A stretch of DNA of 64,000 nt from an uncultured Actinomycetota bacterium (lineage in GTDB: Bacteria > Actinomycetota > Thermoleophilia > Solirubrobacterales > Solirubrobacteraceae): positions 401,938 to 465,937 of the forward strand of contig CAWDUK010000004.1 of the NCBI GenBank assembly GCA_963805565.1, written 5' to 3'. Numbering within the stretch: position 1 is the stretch's first letter; every line of letters begins with the position of its first letter. The notes below the pieces were generated by a model. The model made no database searches. It was not told where the DNA came from and saw only the letters and a program-made list of their open reading frames with translations. This document shows, piece after piece, positions 36,018-45,030 of this stretch. Made by a program: the position numbers and the translations under genes.

Positions 36018-37625
36018 ATGAGCACCAACCCCTACATGGTCAGACTCCCGGGCAGCAGACGCAGGCTGCGGTATGACGCCCGGGCCAAGACCAGCGGGCG
36101 GCCGACCCGCAGCATGCGCGACCGGCTGCTGATGCCGGTGCTCTTCGCACCGGTGTTCATGGTCATCCTCGACGTCTTCATCGTCAACGTCGCGGCCCCC
36201 TCGCTGCGCACCGACCTGCATGCCACCGCCAGCGAGGTGCAGTGGGTGGTCGGCGCCTACGTGCTGACCTACGCGATCTCGCTTGTGACCGCCGGCCGGC
36301 TCGGCGACATCTTCGGTCGGCGCAGGATGTTCAGGATCGGAGTGGCCGGCTTCACGCTCGCATCTGCGCTGTGCGCAGCTGCGCCGAGCGCGAGCACGCT
36401 GATCGCCGGCCGCCTGCTGCAGGGCTTCGCGGGCGCGGCGATGTGGCCGCAGGTGCTCTCGATCATCCAGGTGCACTTCGCACCCTCGCAGCGCCGCAAA
36501 GTGCTCGCGATGCAGGGCGGCATCCAGGGCCTTGCCTCAGTCACCGGCCAGATCGTGGGCGGCGCACTGATCGCGCTCGACTTCCTGCATCTCGGCTGGC
36601 GGACGGTGTTCCTGATCAACGTCCCGGTCGGCCTGTTCGCGCTGGCGGCCGCAGGCAGGGTGGTGCCGGAGTCCCGCTCGCAGAGCGCCCGCAAGCTCGA
36701 CCTGCCCGGCGTCGCGCTGGCCACGACAACGCTCGCGCTGATAATGGTCCCCGCGATTGAGGGGCGCGAAGCGGGCTGGCCGCCGTGGGTGTTCATCGCG
36801 CTGGCGTGTGCTGTTCCAACCGCGATCGGATTCGTCGCGCTCGAGCGCCGGATTGCGGAGCGCGGCGGCTCGCCTCTCGCAGAACTGCGGCTCTTCCGCG
36901 CGCGCGCTTTTCGCACCGCGACCTCCTCGGTGTTCCTGCTCTACTGCATCCCTTCGTTCTTCCTGCTGCTCTCGCTGTACATGCAAAGCGGCCTCGGGCT
37001 CAACGCGATCGAATCCGGGCTCGCGTTCACGCCGCTGGCCATCGCCTACGCCGCCGCGTCGTTGTTTGGGCCGCGGGTGCGAGCGCCTTGGCGCGAACGC
37101 CTGCCCCAGATCGGCGCCTTCACGATCGCCGTCGGCCTGATCGCGACGATCCTCGCGATCGAAGTCTTCGATGTGCACACGATCGGCGTCACCCTGATCG
37201 TCACGATGGCCGTGATGAACAGCGGCATGGGCATTGCCGTCCCCACGCTGATCCACCTCGCGGTGCGCGATGTGCCCTCCTCCGACGCCGGCACGGCCGC
37301 GGGCATATTCAGCACCGCCCAGCAGGTGGGCAACGGCCTGGGGATCGCGATCCTCGGCACGGTGTTCTTCTCGGTGCTCGGCTCCCGCACCGGGCCGCTG
37401 GCCTACGGTCACGCCCTGTCTGTGGCGATGGGCGTGCAGGTCGTGATCGTGCTGGTGAGCGGGGCGATGCTGACGCGGGCGGCGCGCAGGCGGCGCCCGG
37501 CCAGCAGCGGCTCGGTGGCGCGCGAGGCACACGAGCTCGCGCCGGCAGGCCCGGTTCCGGGCGCCGTCCCGGCGCCACTGCTCGCCTGCGCAGCCACTCG
37601 AGTCGGCGATACGCTGCGCACATGA
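36018..37625 (+). CDS. MFS transporter, DHA2 (14-TM, EmrB/QacA-like)
   Basis: ATG 36018 has AGGAAAGG upstream. 535 aa; ...GRLGDIFGRRRMF... and many hydrophobic helices. Confidence 0.9.
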   Translation: MSTNPYMVRLPGSRRRLRYDARAKTSGRPTRSMRDRLLMPVLFAPVFMVILDVFIVNVAAPSLRTDLHATASEVQWVVGAYVLTYAISLVTAGRLGDIFGRRRMFRIGVAGFTLASALCAAAPSASTLIAGRLLQGFAGAAMWPQVLSIIQVHFAPSQRRKVLAMQGGIQGLASVTGQIVGGALIALDFLHLGWRTVFLINVPVGLFALAAAGRVVPESRSQSARKLDLPGVALATTTLALIMVPAIEGREAGWPPWVFIALACAVPTAIGFVALERRIAERGGSPLAELRLFRARAFRTATSSVFLLYCIPSFFLLLSLYMQSGLGLNAIESGLAFTPLAIAYAAASLFGPRVRAPWRERLPQIGAFTIAVGLIATILAIEVFDVHTIGVTLIVTMAVMNSGMGIAVPTLIHLAVRDVPSSDAGTAAGIFSTAQQVGNGLGIAILGTVFFSVLGSRTGPLAYGHALSVAMGVQVVIVLVSGAMLTRAARRRRPASSGSVAREAHELAPAGPVPGAVPAPLLACAATRVGDTLRT

Positions 37626-38017
37626 GCTACACGATCAAGAACCTCAGGCAGACCGAGGATCTCGCCCCCAAGTTCGGGCTCTCCGAGATGGGCGAGGCCC
37701 ACTTTCCCCGCGAGGACCTGCAGGCACAGACCATCGGTCTCGCCTTTCACGTTGTCAAGCCGGGAAAGCGCCAGAGCTTCGCTCATCGTCACGAGGAGGC
37801 CGAGGAGGTCTACGTCGTGCTGTCCGGCAGTGGTCGGGTGAAGCTCGACGCCGAAGTGGAGGACCTGCGCACGATGGACGCCCTCAGGATCTCCCCGAAG
37901 GTGGCGCGCGCCTTCGAGGCCGGCCCCGAGGGCATGGAGCTGCTGGTCTTCGGCCCCCGCCATGCCGGCGACGGCGAGATCCTGCAAGAGGACTTCTGGA
38001 GCGAGCCGGCGGCGTAG
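37622..38017 (+). CDS. Cupin-domain protein
   Basis: 131 aa, ...KPGKRQSFAHRHEEAEEVYVVLSGSGRV.... ATGA overlap with the MFS stop. Confidence 0.8.
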   Translation: MSYTIKNLRQTEDLAPKFGLSEMGEAHFPREDLQAQTIGLAFHVVKPGKRQSFAHRHEEAEEVYVVLSGSGRVKLDAEVEDLRTMDALRISPKVARAFEAGPEGMELLVFGPRHAGDGEILQEDFWSEPAA

Positions 38018-38047
38018 CGGTTCGCCTGGCCGAGACGCCGGCGGCCC

Positions 38048-40648
38048 CTACTCGCTGGCCAGCGCCTGCAGCACGTCGAGCTTTGCCGCACGCCGCGCCG
38101 GCAGCATCGCTGCGCCCAGCCCCGCGACCGCGGCGGCGATCAGCAGCAGGATCAGCGTGCCGACCGGGATGGAGAGCACGTATCCGGCGCCCGAGAGCGC
38201 GAACTCGGTCACCAGCACCGCTCCCACCACGCCGATGATCAGGCCGAGCACGCCGCCGATCAGGCCGGTGATCAGCGACTCGTAACGGATCATCTGGCGG
38301 ATCTGGCGGCGCGAGGTGCCGATCGCGCGCATCATGCCGAGCTCGCGGGTGCGCTCGTAGATCGAGAGGACCAGCGTGTTGACGATCCCAAACAGGGAGA
38401 CGAGCACCGAGAGCGCAAGCAGCACGTAGACCAGCAGCAGGAACTTGTTCACGTTGTTGCTGACTTCTTTGGTGTACTGCGCAGCGGTCTGGGCGTGCGT
38501 CTGCGGGAAGCTTCCTTTCAGCAGCGTCTGGACACTGCTACGCACCTGGGTCGCGTTCGCTCCCGGCACGTAGGAGATGAAGTCCACGCCGTCTTCGCGC
38601 TGTCCGAAGGCTGCGCTCGCCAGCGAGCGGGAGATTGTGAGGTTGGTCAGCAGGCCGAGGACTTCTTCCTTGAGGATCCCTCGCACGGTCAGTGTCACCC
38701 GCTGCGCGGAGGGAGTCAGCACGGAGAGCCGGTCGCCGACACGCAGCCCGTGCGCCGTGGCGAACTTCTTCGTGATCACCGTCCCGCCCTGATCGAGCGT
38801 TGAGAGCGTCGCCGCCGAGCCGTGTTCCCATTCGACCTTGTACATCTTCGTGAACGACTGCGGTTCGATCGCGGTCACCGTGCTCTTTTCGTCAATCACC
38901 GGAGTGCCAGGCTTTGAGAGGTCGCGCACCCTGCCCTTCGTGAAGGCGACCGCGGTCACCGAGCCGACGCCCGGCACGCTGCGTACCGCAGGCGCGACCT
39001 CGGGCGGGATGCCCTGCCCGCTCTGGGTGTTCTGGACGATCAGGCTGCCCGCGAAGGAGCGCCCCACGGCATTGTCGATCGTGCTCTTGGTGCCTGCGGC
39101 CAGCACGGAGATGAAGGCGACCAGGCCGAGGCCGACGGTCAGCGCGAGCGCTGTCACCAGCGTGCGGCCGGGTTGACGCACGGAGTTCTCGCGCGCCAGG
39201 CGGCCCATGATGCCGCGCCAGCTGACGATCAGGCCAAGGCCGCGCCCGAGCGCCGGGATGATGCGGTAGTGGCGGGGCTGACCGGCGCGCCGCACGCGCG
39301 AGATCAGCATTGCGCCGCGCACCGCCCAGACCACCAGCAGCACCGGCAGGACCACCTTGCTTTTGGTCGCGGCGGAGACCACCAGCACCGCGATCAGCGC
39401 AACCAGGCCGCGAATGATCAGCACTCGCCTGGATGGCAGCGTGCGCGGCGGAATGCTCACGCCCTCGCGCATCGCCGCGATCGGTGGCACCCGCGTGGCG
39501 CGCAGCGCCGGGAAGAAGCCTGCGATCACCGTCACCACGATGCCCACTGCCAGCGAGACGATCACGGTGCGTGTCTCAAGCACCGTCCCGTTGTCGGGCA
39601 GGTCGGCGCCGAATGCCTTGAAGAGCTGGTCGAGCGCGGGCGCGAGCGCAATCCCGATGAATAGGCCGGCCACGGCGCCGCCGAGCCCGAGCAGCAGCCC
39701 CTCGATCACGACCGAGCGCATCACCTGGGCGCGGGATGCGCCAAGCGTGCGCAGCAGCCCGAACTCGCGCGTGCGCTGCGCGACCGTGATCGAGAACGTG
39801 TTGAAGATGATGAAGGCGCCGACCACGAGCGCGACGTAGGCGAAGATCAGCAGGAACGTGCGCAGGAAGCCGAGCTGTTCTTCCAGTTCGGAGGTCTGGT
39901 TGGCAGCTTCCTGAGCGCCGGTGCGCACGACCAGGGTGCTCGGCAGCACCGCACGCACACGCGAGGCCAGCTGTTCGGGAGAGACAGCCGGGCTGGCAGC
40001 GACGTTGATGCCGTCGTAGATGCCCGGTTCGCCAGCCACGTACTGCGCCTGGCTGATCGTCACAAGCGCGACGGTGGCGCCGCCGAAGGATGCGCTGCCC
40101 GCGAACTTCGCGATGCCGGAGATCGTGTACGTCCTGGCCGGCGAGCGGCCCGCGATCACGATCTGCTCCCCGATCTTCAGGTGCTCACGCTGCGCGCTGG
40201 CCTGGTCGATGGCGACCTGGTTGGCGGCGCTCGGCAGATGCCCGCTGCTGGCTTTGAAAGACTCAAAGCGCGCCGGCTGAACACCGTCGACCAAGCCCGG
40301 CGCGCCCCCGCTCGTGAGCCGTTTGCCGTTCGTGTGAAGCAGCGCGGCGCCTGTGGAGACCGACCCCGACGCGGTCGCCACGCCGGGCACTGCACGCACC
40401 TTGGCAAGCGTCGATCCATTCAGGGTCGATATTTCAGAGCCTGATCCGCGACCCAGCGTTTCGCGTTCGGTGACCACGACCGCCTTGTTTTTGTAGGCGG
40501 TGCCGAAGACTTCGGCGAACGCGCTGTTGATCGTGTCCGTGAGGATGTAGGTGCCGGCCATCAGCGCCACGCCAAGCGCGATCGCGATGCCCGTCAGCAG
40601 CGCCCGCACCTTGCGCTGCGCAAAGCCCCGCAGCACCAGCTTGCCCAT
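38048..40648 (-). CDS. FtsX-family ABC permease with two FtsX modules (MacB-like)
   Basis: About 866 aa from ATG 40648, which lies 1 nt after the ATPase stop (TTG 40657 is an alternative). It has duplicated 4-TM FtsX domains with large extracytoplasmic loops. Confidence 0.88.
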   Translation of the reverse strand: MGKLVLRGFAQRKVRALLTGIAIALGVALMAGTYILTDTINSAFAEVFGTAYKNKAVVVTERETLGRGSGSEISTLNGSTLAKVRAVPGVATASGSVSTGAALLHTNGKRLTSGGAPGLVDGVQPARFESFKASSGHLPSAANQVAIDQASAQREHLKIGEQIVIAGRSPARTYTISGIAKFAGSASFGGATVALVTISQAQYVAGEPGIYDGINVAASPAVSPEQLASRVRAVLPSTLVVRTGAQEAANQTSELEEQLGFLRTFLLIFAYVALVVGAFIIFNTFSITVAQRTREFGLLRTLGASRAQVMRSVVIEGLLLGLGGAVAGLFIGIALAPALDQLFKAFGADLPDNGTVLETRTVIVSLAVGIVVTVIAGFFPALRATRVPPIAAMREGVSIPPRTLPSRRVLIIRGLVALIAVLVVSAATKSKVVLPVLLVVWAVRGAMLISRVRRAGQPRHYRIIPALGRGLGLIVSWRGIMGRLARENSVRQPGRTLVTALALTVGLGLVAFISVLAAGTKSTIDNAVGRSFAGSLIVQNTQSGQGIPPEVAPAVRSVPGVGSVTAVAFTKGRVRDLSKPGTPVIDEKSTVTAIEPQSFTKMYKVEWEHGSAATLSTLDQGGTVITKKFATAHGLRVGDRLSVLTPSAQRVTLTVRGILKEEVLGLLTNLTISRSLASAAFGQREDGVDFISYVPGANATQVRSSVQTLLKGSFPQTHAQTAAQYTKEVSNNVNKFLLLVYVLLALSVLVSLFGIVNTLVLSIYERTRELGMMRAIGTSRRQIRQMIRYESLITGLIGGVLGLIIGVVGAVLVTEFALSGAGYVLSIPVGTLILLLIAAAVAGLGAAMLPARRAAKLDVLQALASE

Positions 40649-40649
40649 C

Positions 40650-41450
40650 TCAGCCAACCGCCTTCATCAGGTCGAGCGCTTCCTCTGCGCTTGCCGACTG
40701 GCCATCGTGGACGATTTGGCCGTCGGCAAGCACCAGCAGACGATCGGCGAAGGACGCAGCGTGAGCGTCATGCGTGACCATCACGACGGTCTGACCGAAC
40801 TCGTCGACGGCCTGACGCAGCAGCCGCAGCACCTCGCCCGAGGACTTGGAGTCCAGGTTGCCGGAGGGCTCGTCAGCGAACACGACCGCCGGCCGAGAGA
40901 TCAGCGCCCGCGCGACCGCCACCCGCTGCTGCTGGCCGCCGGAAAGCTCGGCGGGACGGTGGTGCAGCCGGTTGCCGATCCCGACCGTCTCCACGAGCTG
41001 ATCAAACCATGCGCGGTCGACCTGCTTGCCGGCGATCGAGATCGGCAGCAGGATGTTCTCCTCGGCGCTCAGCACCGGCAGCAGGTTGAAGGTCTGGAAG
41101 ATGAACCCGACCCGGTCGCGGCGCAGCTGCGTGAGCGCGCGGTCGTCCAGCTTGGTCAGGTCCACGCCGGCGAGCATCACGCTCCCGGAGGTCGGGCGGT
41201 CAAGGCCGGCGAGCAGATGCATCAGCGTCGACTTGCCGGAGCCCGAGGGGCCCATGATCGCCGCGAAGCGACCCGTCGGGAAGCTGACGGTCACATCGAC
41301 AAGTGCGTCGACGGCCGCCTCGCCTTCGCCGAAGCGCCGAGACAAATCGATTGCCTGCACGATTGCCGCGGACTCTCCGTCCGCCGCCGTTTCATCGAAG
41401 GAGTTTGTGTGCATGGAGGACACGGTACGCGCTTGAGGGCGCTGCGTCAT
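40650..41450 (-). CDS. ABC transporter ATP-binding protein (MacB/LolD-type)
   Basis: Walker [10 protein letters not shown], signature [15 protein letters not shown], Walker [12 protein letters not shown]. The start is ATG 41450 or ATG 41414; the long ORF-track N-terminus (to 41723) is unlikely. Confidence 0.9.
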   Translation of the reverse strand: MTQRPQARTVSSMHTNSFDETAADGESAAIVQAIDLSRRFGEGEAAVDALVDVTVSFPTGRFAAIMGPSGSGKSTLMHLLAGLDRPTSGSVMLAGVDLTKLDDRALTQLRRDRVGFIFQTFNLLPVLSAEENILLPISIAGKQVDRAWFDQLVETVGIGNRLHHRPAELSGGQQQRVAVARALISRPAVVFADEPSGNLDSKSSGEVLRLLRQAVDEFGQTVVMVTHDAHAASFADRLLVLADGQIVHDGQSASAEEALDLMKAVG

Positions 41451-41733
41451 CGTCGCACAGGTCGAAAGGCTCTCTCCACCCGTAGGTGAAGGAGGGTCCG
41501 CACGCCGCTGGCGCGCGTCTGATCTCGCGCTGCCGCCTGACCGCAAAACGAAACCCCGCCGCGCACGATGCGAACCTACCCAGCCGCCAGATCCTCCTGC
41601 CAGCCCACGCTCGACGATCGACGCGATCCTCTGCACGGGCACGCACTCGACCGAAGGACGTGCTGGACTCTCTGCTCGTTGTGGCGAGAGGCACAACACT
41701 GGTAGCGTCTCTATCCGCCGCAAAGGCGCCGGA

Positions 41734-41807
41734 GGGCCCGTAGCTCAGCTGGTTAGAGCTGCCGACTCATAATCGGTAGGTCGCAGGTTCGAGTCCTGCC
41801 GGGCCCA
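41734..41807 (+). tRNA. tRNA-Met (anticodon CAT; could be lysidine-modified Ile2)
   Basis: A 74-nt cloverleaf. Acceptor GGGCCCG/CGGGCCC, D arm GCTC-AGCTGGTTA-GAGC, anticodon arm GCCGA-CTCATAA-TCGGT, variable AGGTC, T arm GCAGG-TTCGAGT-CCTGC, discriminator A. No CCA is encoded. Confidence 0.9.
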
Positions 41808-41855
41808 TAGCCGAAACACCCTGCACCTCTTACGCCTGGATCTGTCGACGACCTC

Positions 41856-41889
41856 GGGATCCTGGCGGCCTCTGCGCCGCCAGGATCCC
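41856..41889. terminator. Perfect 14-bp stem hairpin between convergent tRNA-Met and the SBP gene
   Basis: GGGATCCTGGCGGC - ctctgc - GCCGCCAGGATCCC. There is no U-tract on either strand. It ends 7 nt from the SBP stop codon. Confidence 0.45.
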
Positions 41890-41895
41890 AAGCAG

Positions 41896-43497
41896 CTAAT
41901 GGGCCGGACGTATGTTCATCGCCCACGGCGTGTAGAGATCGGAATAAAGCGACCAGCGAGAAGCAACGAATTTATTTGACAGGCTCAAGAAGAAGCTGTG
42001 TGTGAGCAGTTGCAGGTATGCAGCTTCCGTGTTGACGATCTTGAATATCTTCCCAAGCATCTGGAGGCGTCGAGCCTCACTCCCCGCTTCGCCTTGCTCT
42101 TCAACCAGTAGTTTGGCAATTTCAGGCGTACTAAACTCTGCAACGTTGATACCGTCGCCTGGCGGCCGTATGAAGGCGGCGCTTACCAAGGACGGCAGGG
42201 TTCCATCCGGATCGGCGAACCCAGGAGCTGTTTCAGTCAGAAGCACCTTGATCTTTTTGCCGTATAGGTCGGCGTATTCCGTGGGTGTGATCGGGCGGAC
42301 TTTTGCCGTGATGCCGATCTTTGCCAGATCCGCAGCTACGATCTGGGCACCCGTTACAAGCAGAGGTTCGCTGGTTGCCGCCATCACTTCGGTGCTGAAG
42401 CCATGCGGGTAAGCAGACTTTGCGAGTTCTCGCTTTGCGGCGGCCAGATCGTAGCTGTATTTCGGCAATGCAGCCTCCATCGCGCTCACCTGGCTGCTTG
42501 GGAAGTCGCTGAATCCGGCGGGTGAGATGATTGTCGGGCCACCCGGGGCTGCGCCCTTGCCCGAAAAGAGAGCTTTGGTGATGCCATGCGTATCGATAGC
42601 GTAGGCCACCGCTCGTCTGACATGTATGTCGTCGAATGGAGCGCTAGCCACGTTCACGGATAGGAAATCGTCCATGATTTCCGGCCCTGCTTCGAGGTGA
42701 GCGTTTGGAATAGCTCCAAATTCACGCTGCGACTCAAAACCATATGCTGCGTCGATTCCACCCGACCGCATTGCCAACTCCATCGCCGATTCAGATTTGA
42801 ACAGCGTGATGGTTACGTTGCGTGCCGACTGGGGCGGACCGTGCCAGTAGGGATTGCGTGAAAGCTGTACGCTGACTTCGGGTGCATAGCTGTCGAACTT
42901 CCATGGTCCTGTACCAATCGGCAGCGCATTTGGGGTTCCCAGCTTCTGCTCACCCACCTTTTCGACTTGCGCCTGTTCGACGATCTGATCGCTTGCGGCG
43001 AGGACAACTGGCCATATGGCATCGGGCTTCTTCAACCGGACGACAACGGCTGGTCCACGAGTCGAGATCGAAGCAACATCTTCATAGAACGGTTTCCATA
43101 GCGCCTCCGGCGCGCTTATGTTCTGCCGGAGCGAGAAGGCGACGTCTTCGGCCGTGAGTAGTTTTCCGTTGGAAAACCTCACACCAGAGCGAATGTTGTA
43201 GATGTACCTGGTCGGGTTGGGGTGTTCGATGGAGCTGGCCAGCAGAGGTCGGAGTTCATAGTTGGGTCCAACTTCAATCAGGCCCTGCACCGCCAGAGAC
43301 TCTATCGACACGGCCGTTCCCCATGCATTCACGGTGTAGTTGATCGCTCCTGGAAAATTGGTCGTCCCAACCCGGAGTTCGGGATATTGCGCAGAGGACG
43401 CCGCTTTGGAGCTGGTGCTTTGCCCGCTGCTGCCGCCGCATCCGGCGACGACGACCATGAGTGCTACCGCCAAGCCGGAGTTCAGATACTTCTTCAT
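41896..43497 (-). CDS. ABC transporter substrate-binding lipoprotein, family 5 (peptide/nickel/opine type), orphan
   Basis: ATG 43497 has GGGAGGAG 8 nt upstream. The lipobox is MKKYLNSGLAVALMVVVAGCGGS. About 533 aa. G+C is visibly lower than in the flanks. No permease or ATPase genes are adjacent. Confidence 0.88.
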   Translation of the reverse strand: MKKYLNSGLAVALMVVVAGCGGSSGQSTSSKAASSAQYPELRVGTTNFPGAINYTVNAWGTAVSIESLAVQGLIEVGPNYELRPLLASSIEHPNPTRYIYNIRSGVRFSNGKLLTAEDVAFSLRQNISAPEALWKPFYEDVASISTRGPAVVVRLKKPDAIWPVVLAASDQIVEQAQVEKVGEQKLGTPNALPIGTGPWKFDSYAPEVSVQLSRNPYWHGPPQSARNVTITLFKSESAMELAMRSGGIDAAYGFESQREFGAIPNAHLEAGPEIMDDFLSVNVASAPFDDIHVRRAVAYAIDTHGITKALFSGKGAAPGGPTIISPAGFSDFPSSQVSAMEAALPKYSYDLAAAKRELAKSAYPHGFSTEVMAATSEPLLVTGAQIVAADLAKIGITAKVRPITPTEYADLYGKKIKVLLTETAPGFADPDGTLPSLVSAAFIRPPGDGINVAEFSTPEIAKLLVEEQGEAGSEARRLQMLGKIFKIVNTEAAYLQLLTHSFFLSLSNKFVASRWSLYSDLYTPWAMNIRPAH

Positions 43498-43606
43498 CTT
43501 GCTGCTCCTCCCAGGATGCAGTGAGTCGGACGGCAGGTCCGCCCGTATTCGTTGACTGTCAGCCGCCCTTGGCAAGTCCTGCCCGCCGTGAACGAGGCCT
43601 CGGCCG

Positions 43607-43618
43607 CGGAACGTTCCG
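43607..43618. promoter_or_regulatory. Perfect 12-bp palindrome CGGAACGTTCCG upstream of the SBP gene (candidate LacI-family operator)
   Basis: It lies 110 nt upstream of ATG 43497 and 124 nt downstream of the LacI gene stop. It has the central CG typical of LacI/GalR operators. Confidence 0.3.
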
Positions 43619-43741
43619 TGATTAAAGCACTGAGCCCCGGCGCTGTCAAGCCTCTGCCGGTTTGCGGCGTCCATCAGAGACGTCCGCGCCGCACTGTTTC
43701 GCGTCGCGGCATGCGTGCGATGCTGCGACTGGGTGCTGCGA

Positions 43742-44830
43742 TTACGCGCGCAAGGAGCGCGGCTTGGCGGTGGAGCGACGAACGACGAGCGTCGGTTCGA
43801 GCGCAGCCATGGCCGGCGCGGGCGTGCCGTCGTCCAGCATCGTCTTGGCGATGTCGACTGCGCGATACGCGAGCTCCTCTATGGGCTGCGCGATCGTGGT
43901 CAATGCGACAGCGCTGTAGGCGGCGAAGGCTATGTTGTCGAAGCCCACGATCGAGATGTCCTTGGGGACATCGAATTGCAGCTCGCGCGCCAGCTGCATC
44001 AACTCGAGGGCCGTCTGATCAGTTGCGGCAAAGATCGCCGTCGGCCGCCTCCGGGAGGACAGCATCTGGACCAGCGCCTCACGTCGCTGGTCGGGAGGAA
44101 GAGAAGGCGCAAGTCTCACCACCTGCTCGGAGATCGATGCCTTCGATCGCTTCAGCGCTCGCCGATAGCCGGCCAGGCGAGCCCTGTAGTCCTGAGATGA
44201 GAGTGGCCCATAGCCCACGTTCAAGTACACGATCCGGCGGTGACCAAGCTCGATCAGATGTGAGGTCGCAAGCTCTCCGCCGCGCAGGTTATCGACGGTG
44301 ATCGAAGGGCCGAGCTTGCTGCGCTGGGTGACGAAGATGAATGGCACGCGCGGATCGGAGAGCTTCACGAGGCCGGCAGGCACGGCGGCGCCGACGAAGA
44401 GGACCGCGCCGACGGGGTGGCTCATGAGATCCCGCACCGCACCGAGGTGGGCGTGGTCCATGCCGCTCGTAGTGAGCAGTATCTTCAGGCCATGGTGTCC
44501 GGCCTGTCGCTCCATGTAGGCAGTGATTTCCGCATTGAACGGGTCGAGCAGATCGCCTACAGCCACTCCGATCACGTCGGTACGACGCAGCTTCAGATTG
44601 CGCGCGGAGATGTTCGGTCTGTAGGAGAGCTCCTCGATCGCAGCCAGCACGCGCTCTCGCAGCTCGGGAGCCACATGCGCGCGACCGTGCACCACGGCTG
44701 AGACGGTCGTCTTGCCGACGCCGGCGACGCGGGCCACGTCGATGACAGTGGGTGCGCGACCGTTTGCCGAGGAACCACGACCAGGTCGCGGCTGCGTGCC
44801 GCCGGCTTGCTGCTTGCCTGACTCAGACAC
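43742..44830 (-). CDS. LacI-family transcriptional regulator
   Basis: 362 aa, GTG start. HTH ...TVIDVARVAGVGKTTVSAVVHG... plus a periplasmic-binding-protein-like sugar-binding core. Confidence 0.9.
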   Translation of the reverse strand: MSESGKQQAGGTQPRPGRGSSANGRAPTVIDVARVAGVGKTTVSAVVHGRAHVAPELRERVLAAIEELSYRPNISARNLKLRRTDVIGVAVGDLLDPFNAEITAYMERQAGHHGLKILLTTSGMDHAHLGAVRDLMSHPVGAVLFVGAAVPAGLVKLSDPRVPFIFVTQRSKLGPSITVDNLRGGELATSHLIELGHRRIVYLNVGYGPLSSQDYRARLAGYRRALKRSKASISEQVVRLAPSLPPDQRREALVQMLSSRRRPTAIFAATDQTALELMQLARELQFDVPKDISIVGFDNIAFAAYSAVALTTIAQPIEELAYRAVDIAKTMLDDGTPAPAMAALEPTLVVRRSTAKPRSLRA

Positions 44831-44927
44831 GACCGCCAGTGTAAAGCCTCATCGGTTGCCTCCCTGTCTCAATAGGCAGGGCGCAGTGATCCAGTCGTCG
44901 GTCCGGAGGCGCCGTGGTCGCGTGGAC

Positions 44928-44945
44928 GATCAGCGATTGCTGATC
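44928..44945. promoter_or_regulatory. Near-palindrome GATCAGC-GATT-GCTGATC in the LacI/flavoprotein divergent region
   Basis: It has 7-bp perfect arms and sits 13 nt upstream of a TTGACA hexamer. Confidence 0.3.
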
Positions 44946-44957
44946 AAACTCCGAGCG

Positions 44958-44986
44958 TTGACATACACCAGAGCGTGTGATTAGAT
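44958..44986 (+). promoter_or_regulatory. Candidate promoter for the flavoprotein-cupin operon
   Basis: TTGACA (44958-44963), a 17-nt spacer, then TTAGAT (44981-44986) preceded by TG-a (extended -10-like). The -10 match is weak. Confidence 0.3.
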
Positions 44987-45008
44987 CACGAGATGTCAGT
45001 CTCGTTCG

Positions 45009-45020
45009 GCGTTGCAACGC
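45009..45020. promoter_or_regulatory. Perfect 12-bp palindrome GCGTTGCAACGC in the flavoprotein 5' leader
   Basis: It lies between the candidate promoter and ATG 45031. Confidence 0.3.
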
Positions 45021-45030
45021 AATCGTGACC

